Positions 31,933-44,349 of a DNA stretch of 64,000 nucleotides are shown here, piece after piece. Every line of letters starts with the position of its first letter. The stretch's first letter is position 1. The position numbers and the translations under genes were made by a program. This DNA comes from Mustelus asterias (lineage: Eukaryota): assembly GCF_964213995.1 (NCBI RefSeq), contig NW_027590121.1, positions 744,001 to 808,000 of the forward strand, given 5' to 3'. The notes below the pieces were generated by a model. The model worked only from the letters and a program-made list of their open reading frames with translations. It was not told where the DNA came from and made no database searches.

Positions 31933-33909
31933 AAGGTCGAAAGATTTATTCCTGACGCAATGAATAGGGAAATTCTGGAATTGGATACTGAAGAAGAGAG
32001 TTTAAAAGGAGAGCTTATTCAATAGAAATGTTTCCCAGACCGTGTGGTCATTAGATTAAAACAAAGGAAGGGTGCTGACGTCCATTTGAGAACTTTTAGT
32101 CCACCCCTTTTCAAACTAAGGGAGTCTATGTACAAAGAAAGCCCAAGCTAAGGTGGTCTGGAAAACATCATGATGGGGGCACCAATCTGTTCATGAGCTG
32201 ATCACAAAGCCCCATGATGCCCAGATACTAATTTCATTGGACCGATATATAATGTATGTAATCTATCACCATTCTGATTGGATTGTGTCCAGTTGGGTTG
32301 GGCTGAGTAACTGGATAAGAATTGATGATATTCTTTGTTGGGTGGAGTTGCACATGGTCAGTCCCTGTGGCTTCTCCCCGCTGGCGTAACTCAATAAACT
32401 GTTTGTCGATAGAATCAGGCTTGAATGTTGAATGATTCTTCTGAGTTCATTCCCCAAAACACACTGGGTACATTACCGCTGGAGACCAGGTATCGCCAAA
32501 AACTTCAGACAATACAAAGACTCAAGAAAGCCAGTGTCCCAGTTTAAAGACACATCTTTTATCTGACTAACAATCGAAGGGAGAAATTATTGGACAGTGT
32601 AATGCCTCTCTAGAAGAGAAGCATCCTTATTTCTCCAATAACTCTGACGTACAATGCTTCGGCTGGATCAATTATACATTCTTCATCAGAAATTCTCCTG
32701 CCTTTCATCAGGTGTGAACAAATCATTTTCTATACAAATAAATCCTTAATTACACGTCATATACTTTAGCCAATTGCATTTTATCCTCTGACACAATGGG
32801 ATTTAATGGTCAGTAGAATCCAGACACTTCCTCCTCCTATTGCTTAGCAACCCCAGACACTTAGCTACAAAGGTCAAAGTTAATGTTCCCACTGGCTCTT
32901 ACTCCGCCACTGGCCAAACCAGACAAATGCACGTTCTCATGTCTGAGAAGACACTGTCTTATCTGAACAGTGTGAATCAACCCTGTTCTTGAAGCTGCCT
33001 TGAGAACCTTTCTGTTAGAAACTTCGCTGATAAAGGTTGTCACATTCTGTGGCTGCATTGTTCCGAAGAATGTAGCCTGTCTGTAAGTGTCCCTGTACCA
33101 TCATGCCTTGCAGCAGCCTGCCTTTGGCTAAAGTTTACAATTGCTTTTAAAAATACAGCTAACATACATTTTAAAATCAGAAAATTCATGTTTAAATCAG
33201 AATTAATTGTTTAAATCATTTACTACGTTCGTGTGTGTAGACTGTTCCCTTGTTCACTTCTGTGTCTGATTTAGTCATTTAACTCAATGCTGGTGGTTCT
33301 GTTAGTGTCTGAGATGCCTCATGGTTTAAAATTTCTCGAATCTATTTGGAATTTTCTCCAACAGCTTGTCATTGTGGAGCTCAGAGTACAGCACTTGTTT
33401 CAGGAGTCTTGTCTGGGGCTTGTGTACAATGTGGCCCGCCCATCGATACTGGGGATATTGGCCTGGGAGAGGACACTCACATTGATACGCCTATCCTGCC
33501 AGTAGATTTGCAGGATTTTGCGGAGGCAACATTGGTGACATCTCTCCAGAGATTTGAGGTGTGTTCTGTACATTGTCCATGTTTCTGATGGATACAGGAG
33601 GGCAGGGACCACGGCTGCTCTGCAAACCATGAGCTTGGTGCTGGATTTGAGGTCTCGGGCTTTGAACTCTGTTCCTCAGGCGTCCGAAGCCTGCACTGGT
33701 GCATTGGAGTTGATGCTGGATTTCATCGTCGATGCCTGCCGATACCAACAGGATGCTCCCGAGGTGTGGGGCTCACCGTGGATCTTGATGGTCAGGAGGG
33801 GAGTTGTATTGGGCTGCGAGAGAACCTTTGTTTCCCGGATGTTTAGTCAGAGGCCCATTCTCTCATCTGCCTCAGTGAATGTGTTGACAATAGTTTGTAG
33901 ATCAGACAC

Positions 33910-34790
33910 TTTTTTTTCATTCATTTGTGGGACACGGTATCACTGGCTGGCTAACATTTATTGTAAGGAGTCTATCAACACCAGGTTAAAGTCCAACAGG
34001 TTTATTTGGTAGCAAACACCACTAGCTTTCAGAGCACTGCTCCTTCGTCAGGTGAGTGGGAGATCTGCTCATACACAGCAAAGAGGGCATATAAAGACAC
34101 AAACTCAATTTACAGAATAATGAATAATGATTGGAATGCAAGTCTTTACAGCTAATCAAGTCTTAAAGGTGCAGACAATTTGAGTGGAGGGAGCATTAGC
34201 ACAGGTTAAAGAGATGTGTGTTGTCTCCAGACAGGACAGCCAGTGAGACTCTGCAGGTCCAGGCAAGCTGTGGGAGTTACAGATAGTGTGACATGAACCA
34301 AGATCCCGGTTGAGGCCGTCCTCATGTGTATGAGCAGATCTCCCACTCACCTGACGAAGGAGCAGCGCTCCGAAAGGTAGTGGCGTTTGCTACCAAATAA
34401 ACCTGTTGGACTTTAACCTGGTGTTGTTCGACTCCTTACTGTGTTTACCCCAGTCCAACGCCGGCATCTCCACATCATAACATTTATTGCCCATCCCTAG
34501 TTACCCGAGGGCAGTTGAGAGTTAACCATATTGCTGTGGCTCTGGAGTTACATGTAGGCCAGACCAGGTAAGAACAACAGATTTCCTTCCCTAAAGGACA
34601 TTAGTGAACCAGATGGGTTTTTCCGACAATCGACAATGGTTTCATGGTCATCAGTAGATTCTTAATTTTTTTTATTGAATTCAAATTCCACCGTCTGCCG
34701 TGGCGGGATTCAAACCCGGGGTCCCCAAAATATTAGCTGAGTTTCTGGATTAATAGTCTAATGATAATACCACTAGGCCATCACTTCCCC
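33910..34790 (-). mobile_element. Deu-domain SINE (SacSINE1-like), split by a Penelope palindrome
   Basis: GGACATTAGTGAACCAGATGGGTTTTT..GACAAT core and tRNA-like head. A second copy lies at ~41145-41490. Confidence 0.6.
33964..34477. mobile_element. Fold-back Penelope derivative with two hammerhead motifs
   Basis: Inverted arms. TAACATTTATTG is duplicated at 33952-33963 and 34478-34489. Motifs at 34020-34054 (-) and 34348-34382 (+). Confidence 0.85.
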
Positions 34791-35017
34791 CCCCCAGAGT
34801 CTGCATACTGCAGCCTGATGACTGAGATTGGGCTGGTCTTGGTTCTGGCCTGGAGGGGTGGGACATTGAAAGGCTCCCACTGGTCCAGTAGGTTAGCTCG
34901 ACTCCAGCAGGGAGCTTCATGGTGCTGGGGTGGAGTGTTGCTGCGGGGAAGGCGGGGATGAACGTTGGTGCAATGACGCAGCCCTGCTTGACCCCAGTTT
35001 GCACTCATACTGATCGC

Positions 35018-35530
35018 CTCACCATAGGAAGGACGTGATTGCACTGGAAGGGGTGCAGAGGAGGTTCACCAGGATGTTGCCTGGGATGGAGTAACTTAGC
35101 TATAAGGAGAGACTCGATAGGCTTGGATTGTCTTTTTTAGAACAGAGAAGGCTGAGGGGGGACATGATTGAGGTGTATAAGATTGTGAGGGGTATGGACA
35201 GGGTGGACAGGAAGCAGCTGTTCCCCTTAGTTGAAGGGTCAATAACGAGGGGGCATCATTTTAAGGTGAGGGGCAGGAGGTTTTGGGGGATTTGAAGAAA
35301 AATGTTTTCACCCAGAGGGTGGTGGGAGTCTGGAATTCACTGTCTGGGAGGGTAGTGGAGGCGGGAAAACTCACAACCTTTAAAAAGCACATGGATGAGC
35401 ACTTGAATGTTTTGACAGTTCAAACACCATCAGCCAAGTGCTGGAAAATGGATGAGTGTAAATTTACTATAGTTTTGTCAGTGCAGACTCGATGGGCTGA
35501 AAGGCCTCTTCTGTACTGTATGACTCTGAC
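35018..35530 (+). mobile_element. CR1 3' fragment abutting the ZNF stop codon
   Basis: FTQRVVGVWNSL motif and CR1 3' end GGGCTGAAAGGCCTC..CTGTATGACTCTG. Confidence 0.8.
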
Positions 35531-36285
35531 TTGTGAACTCGCTGGTGTTTCTGCAGTCGGGATGACTGAGTGAATCCCTTCCCACACACGGTGCAGGTGA
35601 ATGGCCTCTCCCCAGTGTGAACTCGCTGGTGTGTCCGCAGGGCAGATGACGATCTGAATCTCTTTGTGCAGTGAGAGCAGCTGAAAGGTCTCTCCTCAGT
35701 GTGAATGCGCTGGTGGGACATCATTAGCTGAGAGCTTTTGAAATCCCTCCCACAGTCAGAGCATTTAAAGGGTCTCTCTTGGGTGTGAGTGACATTGTGC
35801 CTCAACAAGTAGGGCAACTGACTGAATCCTTTCCCACACACAGAGCATGTGAACGGCCTCTCCCCAGTGTGAACTAACTGGTGTCTCCGCAGGCCTGATG
35901 CCACACTGAATCCTTTCCCACACACAGAGCAAGTGAACGGCCTCTCCCCAGTGTGAACTCGCTGATGGCTCTGCAAATCAATTAACTGAGTGAATCCCTT
36001 CCCACACACAGAGCAGATGAAAGGTCTCTCCCCAGTGTGAAATCGATGGTGTCTCTGCAGACTGGATAACCGAGTGAATCCTTTCCCACACTCAGAGCAA
36101 GTAAATGGCCTCTCCCCAGTGTGAATTCGCTGGTGTCTCTGTAAATCAATTATCTGAGTGTATCCCTTCCCACACTCAGAGCAGGTGAACGGCCTCTCCC
36201 CAGTGTGACCGCGTCGATGAATTTCCAGCTGAGATGGAAAACTGAATCCTTTCCCACAGTCCCCACATTTCCACGGTTTCTCCAT
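35467..36285 (-). CDS. Tandem C2H2 zinc-finger protein, 9 fingers, with CR1-derived C-terminal tail
   Basis: MEKPWKC start at 36285, nine intact fingers, exon 2 at 36810-36875. Confidence 0.88.
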   Translation of the reverse strand: MEKPWKCGDCGKGFSFPSQLEIHRRGHTGERPFTCSECGKGYTQIIDLQRHQRIHTGERPFTCSECGKGFTRLSSLQRHHRFHTGERPFICSVCGKGFTQLIDLQSHQRVHTGERPFTCSVCGKGFSVASGLRRHQLVHTGERPFTCSVCGKGFSQLPYLLRHNVTHTQERPFKCSDCGRDFKSSQLMMSHQRIHTEERPFSCSHCTKRFRSSSALRTHQRVHTGERPFTCTVCGKGFTQSSRLQKHQRVHKSESYSTEEAFQPIESALTKL

Positions 36286-37524
36286 GGTGCGGGTGTCCTT
36301 GTGACTCTCCAGGTTAAACAATCAGTTAAATCTCACACAGAACACGGGTACAGTCTCTCCCGCTGTGAATGCTGCGATGTATTTTCAGGCTGTGTAACTG
36401 GTTAAAGCTCTTTCCACACTCAGTGCACTGGAACACTCTCACTCGGGTGTGTATGTGTCTCGGTGCTTTTCCAGTCACACTGAAATTTAAAATCTCCTGA
36501 AGCAGACAGAACAGAGAAACATTTCCATTCTGGATTCAAAGGTCGATAATATTCAGGTCCCGACGAATTGAGGCCTCTGTCAGATGTTGATGTGACATTT
36601 GGTTTGAGATTTCTGTCTGTAAATCCTCACCTTCTGATATCCTGTAAAAGGAATTTACAAAAGTCATCACAGTCAGTACAGGATAGAAATTCAGAACAGA
36701 CAGTTCTAGGTTCTATGGAACATTCTTTCCTCTCTCATTCCCCAAAAGCTGCAAATCTCCATCCCACACACTCTCCCTCAATTCTCACTCTGCTGTATCT
36801 AATATTCACCCTCCCAATTCTCCTGAAGGTGCTGATTGAGGCTGATTGACAGATCCATGCTCACTGCTTCCTGCCCTGGACACAGGGAGCTGAAAATCTC
36901 CATGCAGGCTGCCAGACAGATGTCTATAACACTGGATAAAAGTGTAATATACAGGACATTATTTGAATTGTGATAGAGCAGGTATTTGAGGAAGATTTAT
37001 ACTTGGGTAGGGAGAGCACATGATCTGGAACTCGTGCCCATAAGGATGGTGGAACAGAAGATGAATGGAAAAGACATCCCATAATATAGTGGGATCTGGA
37101 AAGCAGAATTTATTTCCCTTTCCAAAAGAGAAAATGCTGGAAAATCTCAGCAGGTCTGGCAGCATCTGTGAGGAGAGAAAAGAGCTGACGTTGAGGCCAG
37201 ATGACCGTTTGTCAAAGCTATTTCCCTTTCTTTCCTCCTCTGCCACCGCTCTGCCTCGTCAATAAGACATTGGGACTCAGAGGGTTGATGCAGTTTGATG
37301 GACAAGTTGTCTCCATTCTGAGCAATGGGGAACAAGCTCCTCCCAGTCATTGACAATATTACCCCCTAAAACCTAAAATTTAGAATCCTAAAATGTGTAG
37401 GTTAGAGGGATTAGAGGGTAAATGTGTGGGGGTAGGGCCTGGGTGGGATTGTGGTCGGTGCAGACTCGATGGGCCGAATGGCCTCCTTCTGCACTGTAGG
37501 GTTTCTATGTTCGATGTTCTTCTA

Positions 37525-37950
37525 AAACGATGCCGGCCTGCGCATGCGCCTTGTTGCAAATTGCCCCCAATAAAGATGGCGGCCATGAACACGGCCCGAA
37601 CATTAGGAGCTGCAGGACCGCTCGGTACAAACTGGGTCCGTGAAGCTCTTTACCGAGGTTCGTGGCTGACACAACCTGCCTACGCAGCGTTTCCGTCCAC
37701 CCGCGAGATCCCTCGCCCCCTCCGTACCGTCAATCACCGCTAATCTATCTCCGAGCCGAAAAAACAGCCCGTCTCCGTCGCCATTACCCACAATGCGCAT
37801 GCTCCAGTCAGAGCGGGCTCCGCCCCTCATTCACTGTGATTGGTTGGAGGTCCGAGCGGGAAAGGCTGGTCCTCCAGCCCCTTCTCTTCCCATTGGTCCG
37901 CGCTACCATCAATCAGCCGGGCATTGTGACGGTGGCTTGCTGTTTGTCCA
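37525..37950. promoter_or_regulatory. CpG-island promoter, second type
   Basis: TGCGCATGCGC (NRF1-like), AAGATGGCGGC (YY1-like), TACCCACAATGC (ZNF143/SBS-like), GC box and CCAAT. Paralogous to 47480-47950. Confidence 0.65.
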
Positions 37951-37954
37951 ATAA

Positions 37955-38980
37955 TAACCGCACCGACCTCCTCAGAAGACAAACACGGGACACAGTGGAC
38001 AGAGTACCCTTCGTTGTCCAGTACTTCCCCGGAGCGGAGAAGCTACGGCATCTCCTCCGGAGCCTTCAACATGTCATTGATGAAGACGAACATCTCACCA
38101 AGGCCATCCCCACACCCCCACTTCTTGCCTTCAAACAACCGCACAACCTCAAACAGACCATTGTCCGCAGCAAACTACCCAGCCTTCAGGAGAAGTGACC
38201 GTGACACCACACAACCCTGCCACAGCAACCTCTGCAAGACGTGCCGGATCATCGACACAGATGCCATCATCTCACGTGAGATCACCATCCACCAGGTACA
38301 CGGTACATACTCTTGCAACTCGGCCAACGTTGTCTACCTGATACGCTGCAAGAAAGGATGTCCCGAGGCATGGTACATTGGGGAAACTATGCAGACGCTG
38401 CGACAACGGATGAATGAACACCACTCGACAATCACCAGACAAGACTGTTCTCTTCCTGTTGGGGAGCACTTCGGCGGTCACGGGCATTCGGCCTTTGATA
38501 TTCGGGTAAGCGTTCTCCAAGGCGGCCTTCGCGACACACGACAGCGCAGAGTCGCTGAGCAGAAACTGATAGCCAAGTTCCGCACACACGCGGATGGCCT
38601 CAACCGGGATATTGGGTTCATGTCACACTATTTGTAACGCCCACAGTTGCGTGGACCTGCAGAGTTTCACTGGCTGTCTTGTCTGGAGACAATACACATC
38701 TTTTTAGCCTGTCTTGATGCTCTCTCCACTCCCATTGTTTTGTTTCTTAAAGACTTGATTAGTTGTAAGTATTCGCATTCCAACCATTATTCATGTAAAT
38801 TGAGTCTGTGTCTTTATAAACTCTGTTTGTGAACAGAATTCCCACTCACCTGAAGAAGGGGCTTAGAGCTTCGAAAGCTTGTGTGGCTTTTGCTACCAAA
38901 TTAACCTGTTGGACTTTAACCTGGTGTTGTTAACTTCTTACTGTGTTTACCCCAGTCCAACGCCGGCATCTCCACATCAT
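37955..38980 (+). mobile_element. Penelope 3' fragment (GIY-YIG + terminal repeat), frameshifted
   Basis: ORFs 37662-38198 and 38014-38637 match the C-terminus of the 9033-11123 ORF. Hammerhead-like motif at ~38847-38883. Confidence 0.9.
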
Positions 38981-38981
38981 G

Positions 38982-39360
38982 GCACAGAGACAACACAGCA
39001 AAGCACTGACTTACTCTGAGTGTAACAATGACACACACAGGCTCCAATACAATCAGAGTGGGGATGGAGCACAGAGACAACACAGCAAAGCACTGACTTA
39101 CTCTGAGTGTAACAATGACACACACAGGCTCCAATACAATCAGAGTGGGGATGGAGCACAGAGACAACACAGCAAAGCACTGACTTACTCTGAGTGTAAC
39201 AATGACACACACAGGCTCCAATACAATCAGAGTGGGGATGGAGCACAGAGACAACACAGCAAAGCACTGACTTACTCTGAGTGTAACAATGACACACACA
39301 GGCTCCAATACAATCAGAGTGGGGATGGAGCACAGGGACAACACAGCAAAGCACTGACTT
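38982..39360. repeat. 87-bp tandem repeat, 4 full copies + 31 bp
   Basis: Units start at 38982, 39069, 39156, 39243 and 39330 and are near-identical. Confidence 0.95.
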
Positions 39361-39419
39361 CAAAACAGAAAATGCTGCAAAACCTCAGCAAGTCTGACAG
39401 CAACTGTGGAGAGAGATTC

Positions 39420-39912
39420 CATGATGTGGAGATGCCGGCGTTCGACTGGGGTAAGCCCAGTAAGAAGTCTCACAACACCAGGTTAAAGTCCAACAGGTTT
39501 ATTTGGTAGCACAAGCCACAAGCTTTCGGAGCGCTGCCCCTTCGTCAGATGAGTGGGAGTTCTGTTCACAAACAGGGCATATAAAGACACAAACTCAATT
39601 TACAGAATAATGTTTGGAATGCAAGTCTTTACAGGTAATCAAGTCTTAAAGGTACAGACAACGTGAGTGGAGGGAGCATTAAGCACAGGTTAAAGAGATG
39701 TGTATTGTCTCCAGCCAGAACAGTAAGTGAGATTTTGCAAGTCCAGGCAAATTGTGGGGGTTACAGATAGTGTGACATGAACCCAAGATCCCAGTTGAGG
39801 CCGTCCTCATGTGTGCGGAACTTGGCTATCAGTCTCTGCTCAGCGACTCTGCGTTGTTGTGTCGTGAAGGCCGCCTTGGAGAATGCTTACCCGAAGATCA
39901 GAGGCCGAATGC
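39420..39912 (-). mobile_element. Penelope terminal-repeat fragment
   Basis: Reverse complement of the Penelope 3' end; hammerhead motif at 39517-39551. Confidence 0.85.
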
Positions 39913-41555
39913 CTGTTTTACACAGCACATGGTCATTCTGAATGGAGAATCTCTGAGTTGTACAATTCACATCATTCAGGAGCCAGATTGTCTGCTCAGA
40001 AAGAGGAAGGTTTCTGTGACACCAATGAAAAGCAACACACACACACTCACAGACACCCTCACACACAGAGTCTCACACCCTGCAAATTATCTCCTGTCAC
40101 TTTTAGTCGTTTTGAAATAAATCCTGAATGAACTATAAAATCATTCAGAAGGACTTGTTGAGATTCCCCTGAAAGACATCTGTACTGTTCATTTCACTCC
40201 CTGTAGTTGTGATTTCCATATTCTCGCCACTCTTTGTGTAGAGAAATTTATCCTGGATTTCCTATAGGATTTCTTAGTGACTGTTTTATATTTATTGTCT
40301 CCAGTTTCCCAGTAACTTCATTGCAGTGTTAATCTAAGCCTACTTGTGACTAATAAATAAACTTTACTTTTTGCTCTTCCCCACAAGAGGAAACACTATT
40401 TCTGTATCTAAGCATTTTATAAATTTGAGGACCTCTGCTCAGGTTACCCCTCAGCCTTCATTTCTCAAGAAAGAAGAACTAGCCTGTCAATCCTTTCCTG
40501 ATAAAAAAAACACACACGTTTTGAAAATCATTTATGGGATGTGGGCATTGCTGGCTTGGCCAGCATTTATGGCTAATCCCTGATTGCCCTTGAGAAGGTG
40601 GTGGTGAGCTGCCTTCTACATTAAAATCTCATCATATAAATCCTCTCCTTTCCAGTGCCTGGATATTTTTTTTAATAATACGGTGACCAGAATGGTATGC
40701 AGTGGTCAGTAAGATTCTTGATCAGAGAGTCACAGATTTTCCAAAAGTGGTTTGAGTTTATCCATGGTTTTAAATTAGATTCTTAGGAAGCAACAATTTA
40801 AAAATGATGCATAATAAACAGGGGGAAAAAAAGAAGACCTATGGCAGGTGAGTAACTGAGGCCCCAGCACTGATCCTGCGTTACCCAAATAGTCACTGCC
40901 TGCCAGTTGGAAAAAGACCCGTTTAATCCTACTCTTTGTTTCCTGTCTGCCAGTCAGTTTTCTACCCATCTCAGTACAACAGCCCCAATCCCATGTGCTT
41001 TACTTTTTGTGAAGAAGTTGCTGTGTTGGTGGACGAGGGGAATCGGGTTCACGTTATCTATCTCAGGGCATAATCATCAACAACTTGTATTTACACAGAG
41101 TGTTGTGGGGCTGGAGGAGGTTACTGAGATACTGAGGAACTTTGTTTTATTCATTTTTACGGAATGTAGGCGTCACTTGCTGGGCCGGCATTTCTTGCCC
41201 ATCTCTAACTGCCCTCCATTTCAGAGGGCATTTGAGAGTCAACCACATTGCTGGTCTGGAGTCACATGTAGGCCAGACCAGGTAAGGACGGCAGGTATCC
41301 TTTTCCAAAGGACGTTACTGAACCAAATGGGTTTTTACGACAATTGATTAAAGGTTGAGGTTTGTCATTAGACTTTTAATTGAAGATTTTAATTGAATAC
41401 AAATTTCACCATCGACTGTGGTGGGATTCGAACCTGGGTCCCCAGAGCCTTACCCTGAGTCCAGTGATAATTCCACTGTACCACTGCCTCCCCTATTCAT
41501 CCAATTGTTATTGTTTATCTCAGGGCGCAGAAACAACAGAATCCAACTTTGCCGG

Positions 41556-42761
41556 TCACACATGAAGTCGTCTATGTTTCAGCAGGCTGTAATACTGATT
41601 AAATCCCTTCCCACACATGGAGCAGTTGAAAGGTTTTGCCCCAGTGTGAACTCGCTGGTGTCTCTGCAGGCGGGATGGATCAGTGAATCCCTTCCCACAC
41701 AGGGAGCAGGTGAATGGTTCTGTCGCAGTGTGAGCTCGCTGGTGTTTCAGCATATAGGATGAATCAGTGAACCCCTTCCCACACACAGAGCAGGTGAACG
41801 GCTTCTCCCCGGTGTGAATGCGTTGGTGTCTCAGCAGGCCAGATGACTGAGCGAATCCCTTTCCACACACAGAGCACAGGAACGGCCTCTCCCCGGTGTG
41901 AATGCGATTGTGTTTCAGCAGATCATCACTTCTTTTAAAGGTCTTATTGCATTCTGAGCATTGAAAAGGTCTCTTATCAGAGTGAATGTGTTGGTGTTGA
42001 TTGCAGTAGGAAAACTGAGCAAATCTTTTGCCGCAAATGGAGCAGGAGAACGGCTTCTCCCCTGTGTGAGTGCGGCGGTGTCTCCGGAGGCTGGATGACT
42101 CCGTGAAAGCCTTCCCACACACGGAGCAGCTGAATGCCTTCTCCCCGGTGTGAATAGGCCGGTGACTCAGCAGATGCTGCAAACAAGTAAATGCTTTCCC
42201 ACACACAGGGCAAACGTATGGCCTCTCCCCAGTGTGAGTGCCCTGGTGTCTCAGCAGACTAATCCTTCTTTTGAAGGTCTTCTCACATTTAAAGCATTTA
42301 AAATGTCTCTTCTGAAAATGAATCTGTTGGTGAACGGTGCAGTGGGAGGACTGAGTGAATCTCTTCCCACACTGGGAGCAGCTGAATGGCCTGTCCTTGG
42401 TGTGAACTTGTTGGTGCTCAGTGAGATGCACTGAGTCGCTAAATGACTCCCCACAGTGAGAGCAGCTGAACGGTCTCTCGTGTGTGTGAAGGAGCTGGTG
42501 CTCTGCAAGGCGGGAGGACTGGCTGAACCTCTTCCCGCAGTGGGAGCAGCTGAACGGTCTCTCGTCAGTGTGAAGGAGCTGGTGTTGGGCCTGTTCCTCA
42601 GAGGTTTCAATGCTTTGCCCAGAGTCAGAGCTTTGAAGAGGCTTCTGAATAATGTGATCGAGTTGGTGAGCCAGCAGGTTGGACGAACACATGAATTTCT
42701 TCCCACACACGGAGCAGGTGAATGAACTCTCACTATTGCGAGTTCGCTGTCGTGTCAGCAT
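41556..42761 (-). CDS. Tandem C2H2 zinc-finger protein, 13 intact + 1 degenerate finger (divergent subfamily)
   Basis: Long open frame with first ATG at 42761. After acceptor TTTTGCAG the exon starts at 42943. The true start may lie in an upstream exon. Confidence 0.88.
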   Translation of the reverse strand: MLTRQRTRNSESSFTCSVCGKKFMCSSNLLAHQLDHIIQKPLQSSDSGQSIETSEEQAQHQLLHTDERPFSCSHCGKRFSQSSRLAEHQLLHTHERPFSCSHCGESFSDSVHLTEHQQVHTKDRPFSCSQCGKRFTQSSHCTVHQQIHFQKRHFKCFKCEKTFKRRISLLRHQGTHTGERPYVCPVCGKAFTCLQHLLSHRPIHTGEKAFSCSVCGKAFTESSSLRRHRRTHTGEKPFSCSICGKRFAQFSYCNQHQHIHSDKRPFQCSECNKTFKRSDDLLKHNRIHTGERPFLCSVCGKGFAQSSGLLRHQRIHTGEKPFTCSVCGKGFTDSSYMLKHQRAHTATEPFTCSLCGKGFTDPSRLQRHQRVHTGAKPFNCSMCGKGFNQYYSLLKHRRLHV

Positions 42762-42973
42762 GTTTTCCAGCTGATCAATCCCTCCCCACAGGAGGAGCAA
42801 GGAAACAGATTCTCACCAGTTTCCAACTGAGATGGTCAATTAAATCCCTTCAGATGTACAAATCTTCAAATCCCAATGAATTGATTGACTCTGTCTGACG
42901 TGAGATTTGTTTGTCCAGACTGCAAATCCTCCTCTTCTATTTCCTGCAAAATAAGTTTACAAAGAATTACGTG

Positions 42974-43410
42974 GCTGGCACGGTGGCACAGTGGTTAGTC
43001 CTCCTGCCTCACAGCGCCAGGGACCTGGGTTCGATTCCAGCCATGGTTACCTGTCTGTGTGGAGTTTACACAGTAAGGAGTTTAACAACACCAGGTTAAA
43101 GTCCAACAGGTTTATTTGGTAGCAAACGCCACTTGCTTTCGGAGCGTTGCTGTGTGGAGTTTGCATATTCTCCACTTGTTTGCGTGGGTTTCCTCCGGGT
43201 GCTCCGGTTTTCTCCCACAGTCCAAAGATATTCAGGTTAGGTGGACTGGCCATGCTAAATTATCCATTTTCCCCCCATGGTGTGTAGGTTAGGGAGATTA
43301 GTGGGGTAAATAAGTTGGGTTATGTTGTTGGGGCCTTGGTGGGATGCTCTGTCGGAGAGTTGACTTGATGGGCCAAATAGCCTCCTTCTGAACTGTGGAA
43401 TTCTATGAAT
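42974..43410 (+). mobile_element. V-SINE containing an 82-bp Penelope fragment (43068-43149)
   Basis: SINE head and core; CTGTGTGGAGTTT is duplicated at 43055-43067 and 43150-43162. Confidence 0.8.
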
Positions 43411-44349
43411 ATATCTATCCTGGACTGACAGTGATGACTTTTGTAAATTCCCTTTGCAGGATATTGGAAAGGAGGATTTACAGCAAGAAAACACAAACCA
43501 AACATCACGTTGAGATCTGACAGTCACTCGGATCATTAGGAGCTGATTGTTATTGTCTTTGAACAGGGAAGGAGAATTGTTTGTTCTGTCTGTGACAATA
43601 CACAAACAGGCCATTCGGTTTATCGAGTCTGTACTGGAGTTTATCCTCCACATGAGTCTCCTCTCATTCTGATCACCACATCTCAGCTTTTCAGTTGATT
43701 TTTCCAATCCCTTTTCTCTCATAGGCTCATATATTTTCCTTTTGAAAGCATCTAAAGTATTTGAGTCAACCACTTCCAGTCGCAGTGAGTTCCATATTCT
43801 AACAACGTCTGAAGAAAGAAACATCTCCTATTTTCCTGTTTGATTTATTTGTTGTCTGTTCATGGTTCCCAGTAATGGAAGAACCAACAAGTGGAAACAT
43901 TCCATTCACATCCCCCTACTTATCCCATTCAGAAAGTCCGTATCAGAAGAGACAACATTTTTCTCTTGGTTTGAGCTTGTGTGTAAATCCTCAATTTCTA
44001 ACCCCCTGTAACAAAAAATATCCAAAATCCATCACGATAGAAAATCCAGGTACAAGTAATTCAGAAAGCTATTGTTTGTTATGAGGGGAATGGAGTAAAA
44101 GCAGGGAAGTTATGTTTCAGTTGCACACGGTGAGTCTGTATCTGGAGCAATGTCTACATTATCGATTTCCTTATTTAAGGAAAAATATAAATGCATGAGA
44201 AGTTCATAGAAGGTTTAGTCGACTAACACCTGGAATAGGTGGATAGTCTGATGAGGAGCAGTGAGACAGTCTCTGCTCGAGTTTAAAAGAGTAAGAGGCA
44301 ACTTAATTTAAACCTTTCAGATCCTGAAAGGTCTTGGATGTGGAGAGGA

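Larger units (their letters stand above)
33400..35005 (-). mobile_element. RTE-type LINE fragments (33400-33910 and 34795-35005) split by a Deu-type SINE
   Basis: QTGVKQGCVIAPT, LQYAD, LLYPSETWT..LERCHQCCLRKIL motifs. Confidence 0.7.

Noticed and set aside
38982-39360. CRISPR-like array or repeat-protein ORFs (38916-39509)
   Set aside because: The units are contiguous and near-identical with no unique spacers. The ORFs are a by-product of an 87-bp (3n) repeat.
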